A stretch of 64,000 nt of DNA. Origin: an uncultured Amphritea sp. (GTDB taxonomy: Bacteria > Pseudomonadota > Gammaproteobacteria > Pseudomonadales > Balneatricaceae). Below, piece by piece: positions 1 through 8,341 of the stretch (position 1 is its first letter; the number at the start of each line of letters is the position of its first letter). A program made the translations under genes and the position numbers. Under the pieces are notes generated by a model. That model was not told where the DNA came from. It was given only the letters and a program-made list of their open reading frames with translations, and did no database searches. Location of the stretch: the NCBI RefSeq assembly GCF_937127095.1, contig NZ_CAKZLP010000059.1, forward strand, positions 1,128-65,127, read 5' to 3'.

Positions 1-20
1 TCCGCGCGACCTGTGCGCTG

Positions 21-1184
21 ATGCGCTCGATTCATGAGCTATTCTGGGCGTTGATTTTTTTGCAGTTTTTTGGTCTTCATCCGCTAACGGGTTTGCTGGC
101 GATCGCGGTTCCTTATGCAGGTGTTTTTGCCCGCATGTATGCGGAGATTCTTGATCAGGCTCCAAAACAGCCCACCGATGCCTTGCCCGCAGGCAGTGGT
201 TTTCTCAGTGCGTTGCTGTTTACCCGTTTACCGCAGGCCTGGCCCCATCTGGTCAGTTACACCTCATATCGTCTTGAGTGTGGTATTCGCAGTAGCGCGA
301 TTTTGGGCTTCGTCGGACTGCCTACGCTTGGATACTATCTGGAATCCTCCTTTTCTCAGGGATATTACCCTGAGGTTGCGGCGTTGATGATTCTGTTTTA
401 TCTGTTAATTGCGACCAAAAAATTCTGGCTCAGACGCTGGACTCTGCCGTTGTTTTTACTGGGAGCGCCTTTTTTTATGGGCTCGGGGATGCCGATTATC
501 TGGGGTAATGTCGGGCGCTTCTTCTCCCAGGATATTATTCCGGCTCCTCTGCGCAGTGATGATGCAACACTGCACTCTCTGGGAGAGTGGGCTGGGACTA
601 TTTTTATTGATCAGGCGCTCCCCGGAATCTGGAATACATTACTGTTATCACAGATTGCGCTGGTGGTGACCGGATTGTGTGCGCTGCTGCTTTTTCCATT
701 GATCAGCCGTCACTGTTTTGGTCCTGCCGGACGTTTTCCTGGCCATATTTTACTGGTGGTGGCACGTTCTACCCCGGAATACCTGCTGGCATACATATTA
801 TTGCAGTTGCTGGGGCCCTCTATGCTTCCTGCGGTGATCGCGCTGGCCATTCATAATGGCGCCCTGATCGGTTATCTGACCGGGCGTAATAGCAATGAGA
901 TACAACTTAGAGCGGATGCCCCTGGCAGACGTGTCGACCGTTATTTTTATGAACTTCTGCCGCGCAGTTATCCGGCGTTTTTATCTTTTATGCTCTATCG
1001 CTGGGAAGTGATTATGCGGGAGACCGCTATCCTCGGAATTCTGGGCATTCAAACCATCGGTTTTTATGTTGATAGCGCGATCCAGGAGATCCGCTTCGAT
1101 GTTGCCCTGCTGCTGATTCTGATTGCTGCGATGATGAATATCCTGGTTGACCTTTTGTCCCGCAGGATTCAGCAGCGCTTCTGA
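21..1184 (+). CDS. PhnE/PtxC-family ABC transporter permease (two permease repeats), probably 5'-truncated by the window edge
   Basis: Repeated YRLECGIRSSAILGFVG / YRWEVIMRETAILGILG motifs typical of PhnE-type permeases; frame stays open upstream to base 3. Confidence 0.8.
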   Translation: MRSIHELFWALIFLQFFGLHPLTGLLAIAVPYAGVFARMYAEILDQAPKQPTDALPAGSGFLSALLFTRLPQAWPHLVSYTSYRLECGIRSSAILGFVGLPTLGYYLESSFSQGYYPEVAALMILFYLLIATKKFWLRRWTLPLFLLGAPFFMGSGMPIIWGNVGRFFSQDIIPAPLRSDDATLHSLGEWAGTIFIDQALPGIWNTLLLSQIALVVTGLCALLLFPLISRHCFGPAGRFPGHILLVVARSTPEYLLAYILLQLLGPSMLPAVIALAIHNGALIGYLTGRNSNEIQLRADAPGRRVDRYFYELLPRSYPAFLSFMLYRWEVIMRETAILGILGIQTIGFYVDSAIQEIRFDVALLLILIAAMMNILVDLLSRRIQQRF

Positions 1185-1553
1185 CGTTAGTCTCTCATTC
1201 AGCCCATTCCGGGGCTTTTCGAATGCAACGGTTTACAGAGTTCTATTTTGAATATCATCTCCATGATGGTGCGATTGACAGCATCGTTAGCCGAATGCTG
1301 TCGCCGTTTTGGGTATCTCATTATTTGATTTGTTGTGTGAGCAGATGGTAGATTGCTGCTCAAATAATAATTTAAACACTTGTTTGGTTTTTTTTGTCAT
1401 CTTTGAATTGACCCTGGTAGAACCTCTTCTATGTCAGAAACGTTTGTTCCGTTTCGGCCGGTGTCAGGGTGTTTCACAAGCTGTAATCCCGGCAGACCCG
1501 CTCAGGTCAGGTCAGGATTTGAAATACCTAATCAACGCTATCGGGAACCTGAA

Positions 1554-2705
1554 ATGAAATTAGTTCCGTTTGTGAAGTACACGTCATGCGGTAATAACTT
1601 TGTTATTGTTGATGCAACGGAGCAACCTCTGCTCTCCGAGGCTGAGATGTCGCGGTTTGCTTTTCAGGCGACCAATACCAGCTTTGGCGTCGGCTGCGAT
1701 AACCTGCTGGTTATTCAGCGTTGCAGTGTCGAAGTATTAAAGTCGATTGCTGATTCAAGAGGTTATTGGCACCGGCAGCCGGAAGCCGATCAGGCAGATT
1801 ATCTGTTTCGCATGTTTGAGCCGGATGGTGAAGAAGCTTTGTGTTGCGGTAATGGCTTAATGTGTGTTGCCAGTCATCTTTTGAATCAGCATGGTGTGTT
1901 TTCTGCCTCTATCCTGACGGAAATTCCCTTACATACCCCGAAAGTTATTCAGATTGGTGCGGGAAGTGATCAGCAGGGCGGCTGGGTTAATCTCGGACAC
2001 CCGCGCCGAACACCGGTTGAACTGGCTGCGTTTGGGCACTCACTTGCCTTCAGTCCGAATATTGACCTTTACCCGGAGATCATTATCCGCTTTCGTGCAG
2101 GTGATCTGCGTAATGTCGGCAATGCAACCCAACTGAAAATCAAAGCGCATCTGGTGTTTACCGGTGAACCCCATTTAGTGATCTTTCCGGATATTGATTT
2201 CTCCATCCCTGAACTGGCCGATTACATTTTCAGCAGTTCTGACCAGTGGCCAGTCAAAGATCGCCGTGAAAGTTTTGGTACCTGGCTGGTGGAGCATATC
2301 GGACAGTACCTTAATAACCACTATAAAACGTTATTTCCCGCCGGTATTAATGTCAATCTGGCTCGTCAACAAAGCTCCCGCGTGATTGAGAATCGCTGTT
2401 TTGAGCGGGGAATAAACAGGGAAACCCTTGCCTGCGGTACCGGCGCATTGGGTGTCGCTTATGTTTATAGTCAGATAAATCAGCTGGATTTGGATGAGAT
2501 TGATGTTCTGCCACACCGTTGCCGTTGGCACGACAAACAGGCGCAGATTCGAATACATCGCACTGATAGCGGGTGGTCGCTGGCAAGTGGCCCTGTGCTG
2601 CTGTTTGATGGGGTTTATCGGTTGTTATCTGTCAGTCATCCGGTGGTTGAACACCTCTCTGCTCAGCAGGATGACCCGGCTGAGCTTAAAAGGCTGACCT
2701 CATGA
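1554..2705 (+). CDS. DapF-like (PLP-independent) amino-acid racemase/epimerase, ~383 aa with insertions
   Basis: KYTSCGNNF, GVGCDNLLV, CCGNG (catalytic Cys 1), GEPH, ERGINRETLACGTG (catalytic Cys 2); similarity begins at ATG 1554, not 1431. Confidence 0.8.
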   Translation: MKLVPFVKYTSCGNNFVIVDATEQPLLSEAEMSRFAFQATNTSFGVGCDNLLVIQRCSVEVLKSIADSRGYWHRQPEADQADYLFRMFEPDGEEALCCGNGLMCVASHLLNQHGVFSASILTEIPLHTPKVIQIGAGSDQQGGWVNLGHPRRTPVELAAFGHSLAFSPNIDLYPEIIIRFRAGDLRNVGNATQLKIKAHLVFTGEPHLVIFPDIDFSIPELADYIFSSSDQWPVKDRRESFGTWLVEHIGQYLNNHYKTLFPAGINVNLARQQSSRVIENRCFERGINRETLACGTGALGVAYVYSQINQLDLDEIDVLPHRCRWHDKQAQIRIHRTDSGWSLASGPVLLFDGVYRLLSVSHPVVEHLSAQQDDPAELKRLTS

Positions 2706-4366
2706 GGGATAATTTAAGCGATGCCGGACCGATCAGACGGCTGTTCGCTGGCGGCCTGCAGCTGTGGTGTGTGCAGGCACTGGCGGTTTTTCTGCTGTTT
2801 GCCGCCTATCAGCGCGGGGAATTTGATATCCAGTTAAAATCGATAGCGGGTTGGGGGGCCGCTGCGACGCTGGTCTCAACGCTGTTATTGATGCTTGTGC
2901 TGCTCTACCGCCGTCATATGAACCCTCTGAGCGGTAGAGATGTCAGTCGGCTGATGATAGGGCTGAGTAGCGTTTCACTACTGTTACTTAGTTTGCAGCA
3001 TGTCTGGTTTGGTAATGTTGACCTCAATTTGTTTGATCTGGCGACGGTTATATTAATTTCGTTTCTGGTGTCACTGGAACTGGCTGTGTTGCAACAGAGC
3101 CGCTGCCGTTACCAGCTGCAGGGTTCTGAACGTTATAAGCAGATGCGGCCAGCGATCTTCCTGTTTTTGTTTGGCATCGATCTGTCGATGGCGTTTATTC
3201 CGTTGCATATGGAAGCGCTGCCCCGCAGTTTTAGCGGATTCAGTCCGGACCTGTTGATCGGCTTGCCGATATCGGTTGAGTTTTTCTGCGTTGGCGTTGC
3301 GATTTTGTTGTGTGGTGTGTGGCTGGACAAACAGGGTTGGAAGCCTCCGTTTTATACCGGCCTTGCTCTGACCGGGCTGGGCTGTCTCTATTCCTGGTTG
3401 GCACCCGATGCCGTGCAGTTCATTCTCTCCCGGGGGATATTAGGGTTCGGTTATGGTCTGACGTTGTTAGCGTCCCAGAGTTACGTTATTCGGCAAACGG
3501 ATAATCGGAATAAATCCCGGGGGCTGGCGCATCTGTTTGCCGGGCTCTACTCCGGCAGTATATGTGGTGCCGCCACCGGAGCTGTTCTCGCCGATCAGTT
3601 TGGTTATGGCCCGGTATTTCTGCTGGGTGCCTTTATCGTGTTCAGCGTGATGCTCTATGGCCGGTTAGTGCTGACGCCGGTCCCGGTTGCCCCGAAATCG
3701 CCGGACGTGCAGCAGACAGACAGTGTAACACCGCGCACAGCGACCTCCTTTATCAGGTTTCTCGGTGATCGTCAGGTATTGGCGGCGGTGCTGTTCAGTA
3801 GTATGCCCGCGTCAATCGCGGTGGTCGGTTTTCTTAACTATTTTAGTCCGGTTTACCTTAACCGGGCTGGGGTTGATGATGCCTCCATTGGTCAGGTGCT
3901 GATGCTGTTTGGCGTGATTCTCGCACTATTTGGCCCTGCTATCGGCCGTTTTGCTGATCTGAGTGAAACGAAGCGCATCCCGATCATCCTCGGCTGTCTG
4001 CTGGGTGGTTTAGCTTTTATGGTTTTCACTGTATTTGATGGGGTTATGGCGGTTACTCTGGCGATTCTGTTGCTGGGGCTTTCCAACTGTCTGGTGTTAT
4101 CTTCCCAGAGCGCGTTTGTCCTGAAGCAGCCGGTTACCACCGAGTATGGTGAGGGTAAGTCGATGGGGATATTCCGTTCCAGCAGCCGCATCGGCCAGAT
4201 GCTCGGCCCCGTGTTGTTTGCCAGCATAATAGCCATGGCTGATATCGAATACGGAGTGATGCTGTTTGGTGCGGCCTATCTGATTACAGCGGTTCTGTTT
4301 GCTGTGCTTACCTGGGCGCCAAAGGTTCGAATGACCTCTCAGGTTAAGGCCGTTTCTAATGAATAA
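2702..4366 (+). CDS. MFS transporter with an extra N-terminal membrane segment (~145 aa)
   Basis: 12-TM MFS pattern from MRPAIFLFLFGIDLSMAF; motif-A-like GVWLDKQGWK and GRFADLSETKR; ATGA overlap with the upstream gene. Confidence 0.85.
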   Translation: MRDNLSDAGPIRRLFAGGLQLWCVQALAVFLLFAAYQRGEFDIQLKSIAGWGAAATLVSTLLLMLVLLYRRHMNPLSGRDVSRLMIGLSSVSLLLLSLQHVWFGNVDLNLFDLATVILISFLVSLELAVLQQSRCRYQLQGSERYKQMRPAIFLFLFGIDLSMAFIPLHMEALPRSFSGFSPDLLIGLPISVEFFCVGVAILLCGVWLDKQGWKPPFYTGLALTGLGCLYSWLAPDAVQFILSRGILGFGYGLTLLASQSYVIRQTDNRNKSRGLAHLFAGLYSGSICGAATGAVLADQFGYGPVFLLGAFIVFSVMLYGRLVLTPVPVAPKSPDVQQTDSVTPRTATSFIRFLGDRQVLAAVLFSSMPASIAVVGFLNYFSPVYLNRAGVDDASIGQVLMLFGVILALFGPAIGRFADLSETKRIPIILGCLLGGLAFMVFTVFDGVMAVTLAILLLGLSNCLVLSSQSAFVLKQPVTTEYGEGKSMGIFRSSSRIGQMLGPVLFASIIAMADIEYGVMLFGAAYLITAVLFAVLTWAPKVRMTSQVKAVSNE

Positions 4367-5933
4367 CCGGCAGGTCGCTCCAGCGATGGGTATGGCTCAG
4401 CAGTTGCTCAACACGGTGCGTAAACAGGTTCCGGTGGTTGACAGGGTGTTGACGTCATCCGGTGATTGTTCGGTGTCTGAATATCTTCAGCAGATCTGTG
4501 AAGTCAGTCAGCAGAGTTATCAGTCGCGCTCAGATGTGGCTGAAGTGATGTACGAATATATAGCTCCTCTGTTGGGTGAACAGATGGCAGAACGTGCTGC
4601 CGCCGATTTTCTGCAACATCCGGTTGCACTGACAACCAACCATCATGGGGTTGATTTTTTTGCCCAGTCGGTTCAGGGCAGCTTGCTATTTGGGCTGGCT
4701 AAACGGCAGATTGAAGGGGTGACTACCATCCCGGTATTTTCCTGTGCGAATATCCCTCTGGATAATATTACCTATCCCCGAGGGGCTCTGCTTTATGGCT
4801 GTGATAGCAATGGGGCTAACTGGCCATTAAGGGTGCCTCTGTTTTCCAATAAGCTGAGGCGTCAACCGGTCGCGCGGGTTAAAGGGCTTGACCGGTCGAT
4901 GATACAGCAGGCGGCTAAGCGGGTGCGTGGAATGGTGGAAAAAGCGCTGAATCCTGTGCTGTTTGAGACGTTGCTGAACCTTCTGGAGAGTGAATATCTG
5001 GCTGAAGATGTGGTGTCGCAGAAGCGCTACTCTGCCCAATCTGTGATCTTAAACCAGCGTATCTGGACTCGACTCTTCTGCTCCTCTGCTACTATGCCTG
5101 ATCTGGTGACTATTGAGCTGGAGAAGCTGGCCGAAGGGTTATTGCTTAAAGACCTGCAGCACGATAACAGTCTTGCCTCGGTGTTATTTGCCGGGCCGCT
5201 GATAACAACGCTCTTCCAACGACTGGATACTATTTCCGGATGCTGGAGCCGGACGTTGCTGGAACAGCGTTGGGCCGACAGGCATTCAGCCGAACCGCTG
5301 AAAACGTCGGCTTGTGGCACCTTTGGTTTCTGGGGTGTTGATAGTCGTTTTCGCCGGATTCCACTGATGTTAAGTGAACGGTTGGGTCAGCCAATATTAT
5401 TAGGCTGTGATGATAATGGTGAGGAGTATCACTATAGCCTGGAGCCCACGGCGCTTTCTCAGGCTTTGCGTGATGGGCGGCTAATGCCCTCGGTGTTCAG
5501 CTGTTTTCTGGTTATCGCGCTGGCACGGGGAGTGACCTGTTTGGGGGGGTATTATCAGGCAGAGTATCTGCCGCAGATGCAGACGGGTGTTGCTGAGGTG
5601 TTGCAGCAGCATGATCTGGCTGAACTAGCAGTGCAGATTTCAGCGAGTGTTACCGACAGTTATCTATCGGGTATGCAGGCGATTATGGTTGCAGAGGCTG
5701 ATACTTTGTTGCCAGCGGGGCTGGTTGAGATACTGAGCAGTGGTGCAATCACCGCGGCGGAGCTTGAGTTGATCGCAAATATCAATCTGCGTGATGCGCA
5801 TTACGCCTCACTGGCAGAAACCGTCGCTGATGTTATGCCGACCGGGCAATTGGGAGACCACTGGCTTAAGCCATTGATGATAGATCAGTGGGATTTACTT
5901 TCAGCGAAAGTCGCTTTAAGACGGCTGAGTTAA
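4359..5933 (+). CDS. Uncharacterised 524-aa soluble protein, possibly a distant BshC-like/HUP-fold ligase
   Basis: Long ORF with host-like codon use overlapping the MFS stop; motifs LTTNHHG, IPVFSCAN, RLMPSV...LGGYYQAEYLPQ; functional call is by-eye inference. Confidence 0.5.
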   Translation: MNNRQVAPAMGMAQQLLNTVRKQVPVVDRVLTSSGDCSVSEYLQQICEVSQQSYQSRSDVAEVMYEYIAPLLGEQMAERAAADFLQHPVALTTNHHGVDFFAQSVQGSLLFGLAKRQIEGVTTIPVFSCANIPLDNITYPRGALLYGCDSNGANWPLRVPLFSNKLRRQPVARVKGLDRSMIQQAAKRVRGMVEKALNPVLFETLLNLLESEYLAEDVVSQKRYSAQSVILNQRIWTRLFCSSATMPDLVTIELEKLAEGLLLKDLQHDNSLASVLFAGPLITTLFQRLDTISGCWSRTLLEQRWADRHSAEPLKTSACGTFGFWGVDSRFRRIPLMLSERLGQPILLGCDDNGEEYHYSLEPTALSQALRDGRLMPSVFSCFLVIALARGVTCLGGYYQAEYLPQMQTGVAEVLQQHDLAELAVQISASVTDSYLSGMQAIMVAEADTLLPAGLVEILSSGAITAAELELIANINLRDAHYASLAETVADVMPTGQLGDHWLKPLMIDQWDLLSAKVALRRLS

Positions 5934-5998
5934 TGTTATTCTGTTTTAAACGGGCGTATACAAAAAAATAATGTTCCTGTAAGCGTATAGGAGAGGAT

Positions 5999-7147
5999 AT
6001 GCGATCTATTAAGTATTTTGGTCTGGTGTTGCTCTGGCTGTTAATCATGCCTGTAGCCCAGGCAGGTGACAAAGGGATCTTTTCAACCGCACCGGTGACG
6101 CATAACGGTGAGCGTTGGAGAATCGGTTATTTTGAGGGTGGCGAGTATGTCGACTATCAGAAAATACTGGTCGAAACCGTCAAAGGGTTGATGCAGCTGG
6201 GCTGGATTAAAAAAACAGAAATCCCCGCACAGCAAGGGGAGCAGACAGATCAGTTATGGCAATGGCTGCAGCAGGGGGTGCAAAGTGAATATGTTGAATT
6301 TGTCGCAGATGCCCACTATTCCGCGCAGTGGGACGAAACCACACGTGCCCAGCTAACTGAGACGGTTATTGATCGTCTCAATCAGGGAGATATCGACCTG
6401 ATGATCGCGATGGGGACATGGGCAGGTAAATCTCTGTCTAATGACCGCCACCATACTCCGACAATGGTTTTATCCACCAGTGATCCGCTGTCCAGCGGGA
6501 TAATCAAAAGTGTTAGCGATTCAGGGTATGACCATGTTCATGCCACGGCTGATCCTAACCGTTATGACCGCCAGGTGAGGGTTTTTGATGATATCGTCAA
6601 CTTCAAAAAACTCGGTGTTGCTTATGAAGACACCAAAAATGGGCGCAGTTACGCTGCCCTGGATGTAATTGAAAAACTGAGCCGCGAGCGGGGCTTCGAA
6701 GTTGTTGGCTGTCACACACTGAGTGATATTAGTGACACTGCTCGCGCTGAGGCGAGTGTAGTGAGTTGTTTTCGTAAACTGGCATCAGAGGCTGACGCTA
6801 TCTATGTGACCGTGCAGGGAGGAGTGAACGGAAATAGTATTGGTCAGTTGGTCAAAATTGCCAATGAATATCGGGTGCCAACCTTTTCACAGTCCGGCTC
6901 TGAAGAGGTAAAAAAAGGATTGTTGCTGAGTCTGTCCCAGGCGGGATTCCGCTATGTGGGTGAATTTCACGCATCTACATTTGCTAAAGTATTTAACGGC
7001 GCTCTGCCTAATCAACTGACGCAGCTGTTTGAAGAACCACCGCGCATGGCGGTAAATCTGAAAACGGCTGAGATCGTTGGTTTTAATCCGCCGTTACTGC
7101 TGCTGGGTGCCGCGGATGAGGTCTACCGGGAAATTCCTGCAGAATAA
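5999..7147 (+). CDS. Periplasmic ABC-type substrate-binding protein (ABC_sub_bind-like), copy 1
   Basis: Signal peptide ending VAQA; WRIGYFEGGEY, AMGTWAG, DPNRYDRQV, GRSYA, VNLKTAEIVG. Confidence 0.8.
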   Translation: MRSIKYFGLVLLWLLIMPVAQAGDKGIFSTAPVTHNGERWRIGYFEGGEYVDYQKILVETVKGLMQLGWIKKTEIPAQQGEQTDQLWQWLQQGVQSEYVEFVADAHYSAQWDETTRAQLTETVIDRLNQGDIDLMIAMGTWAGKSLSNDRHHTPTMVLSTSDPLSSGIIKSVSDSGYDHVHATADPNRYDRQVRVFDDIVNFKKLGVAYEDTKNGRSYAALDVIEKLSRERGFEVVGCHTLSDISDTARAEASVVSCFRKLASEADAIYVTVQGGVNGNSIGQLVKIANEYRVPTFSQSGSEEVKKGLLLSLSQAGFRYVGEFHASTFAKVFNGALPNQLTQLFEEPPRMAVNLKTAEIVGFNPPLLLLGAADEVYREIPAE

Positions 7148-7174
7148 AGCCATATCAAGGACATAGTACTGGCG

Positions 7175-8332
7175 ATGATAGTTAAACGAGGAAAGAAGAG
7201 GCTGTGTGCCTGGCTGGCAGGGATGCTTTTGCTACTGTCAGGGGTTGCGCTTCATGGGGCCGAGTTGGGTGACGCTCCTATGCTTAATCAAGGCCAGAAA
7301 TGGCGTGTGGCCTACTATCAGGGGGGCGAATATTATGATTATTACCAATATCTGAAGGCCACTGCTGAGGGGTTGATGGCACGGGGGTGGATCGCTCCAC
7401 AGACTATTCCCAATGAGCTGACAACCGCCTGGGATCTGTGGCATTGGCTAACAGAGACTGCGCATAGCGATTACCTTGAGTTTCTGTCGGATGGTTTTTA
7501 TAGCGCAGGCTGGGACCGGGGCTATCGGGTGGAGTTGCATGAACGGGTTATAACCCGGTTAAATCAGCATGGAGAGGTCGACTTGCTGTTAGCCATGGGC
7601 AGTTGGGCGGGGGTCGATATGGCCGTTGATCGTCACTCTGTTCCGACCATGGTGGTGTCTGTTAACGATCCCCGCAGTTTAGGTCTTATTCGTGATCAGG
7701 GGGAGGCCTATGAGCATATCTATGTTACCGAGGACCCACAGCGTTATGAGCGCCAGGTCTCCCTGTTTCACGACCTTATTCGCTTTAAAGCTCTGGGGGT
7801 CGCCTATGAAGACAGCTTTGAAGGCAGAAGTTACGCTTCAATTGAGATGATCGAGAGGTTAGCTCAAGAAAGAGGCTTCAAAGTGATTAGCTGCTTCACC
7901 CAAAGTGATGTAACCGATCAGGAGCAGGCTAACGATTCGGTGATTGGCTGTTTCAGCGATCTCGCCGAGCGGGTCGATGCGCTCTATGTGACGACACAGG
8001 GTGGGGTTAATGATGAAACCATTCCTGTGCTGGTGGAGATTGCTAATCAGCATCGTATTCCAACTTTTTCACAGTATGGTCAGCGTGAAGTGAAACAGGG
8101 GTATCTGATGAGCCTGTCGCAGTCCGAAGGGTTTATAGATGAGGGCAAGATACTCTCTGATGTTGCAATACGTATCTTGAAGGGCGCCGAGCCTGCGTCA
8201 TTAGAGAATCATTCGGCAGAGGCAAACCGGATAACCCTTAACCTGAAAACGGCAGAGCAGATTGGGCTTTACCTGAATGCAGAACTTTTAGCCGCAGCTG
8301 ACCAGCTTTACTGGCAAATAGAGCAACCTTGA
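7175..8332 (+). CDS. Periplasmic ABC-type substrate-binding protein, paralogous copy 2
   Basis: Signal peptide; WRVAYYQGGEY, AMGSWAG, DPQRYERQV, GRSYA, LNLKTAEQIG align with copy 1. Confidence 0.8.
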   Translation: MIVKRGKKRLCAWLAGMLLLLSGVALHGAELGDAPMLNQGQKWRVAYYQGGEYYDYYQYLKATAEGLMARGWIAPQTIPNELTTAWDLWHWLTETAHSDYLEFLSDGFYSAGWDRGYRVELHERVITRLNQHGEVDLLLAMGSWAGVDMAVDRHSVPTMVVSVNDPRSLGLIRDQGEAYEHIYVTEDPQRYERQVSLFHDLIRFKALGVAYEDSFEGRSYASIEMIERLAQERGFKVISCFTQSDVTDQEQANDSVIGCFSDLAERVDALYVTTQGGVNDETIPVLVEIANQHRIPTFSQYGQREVKQGYLMSLSQSEGFIDEGKILSDVAIRILKGAEPASLENHSAEANRITLNLKTAEQIGLYLNAELLAAADQLYWQIEQP

Positions 8333-8341
8333 GTACTGAGT

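Noticed and set aside
1431-1553. 41-aa N-terminal extension of the DapF-like ORF in the ORF track
   Set aside because: DapF similarity begins at MKLVPFVKY (1554); the upstream part looks like leader sequence
2242-2251. ACCAGTGGCC match to the tRNA-Leu att core
   Set aside because: Only 10 bp, inside a coding region, with no mobility context; expected by chance
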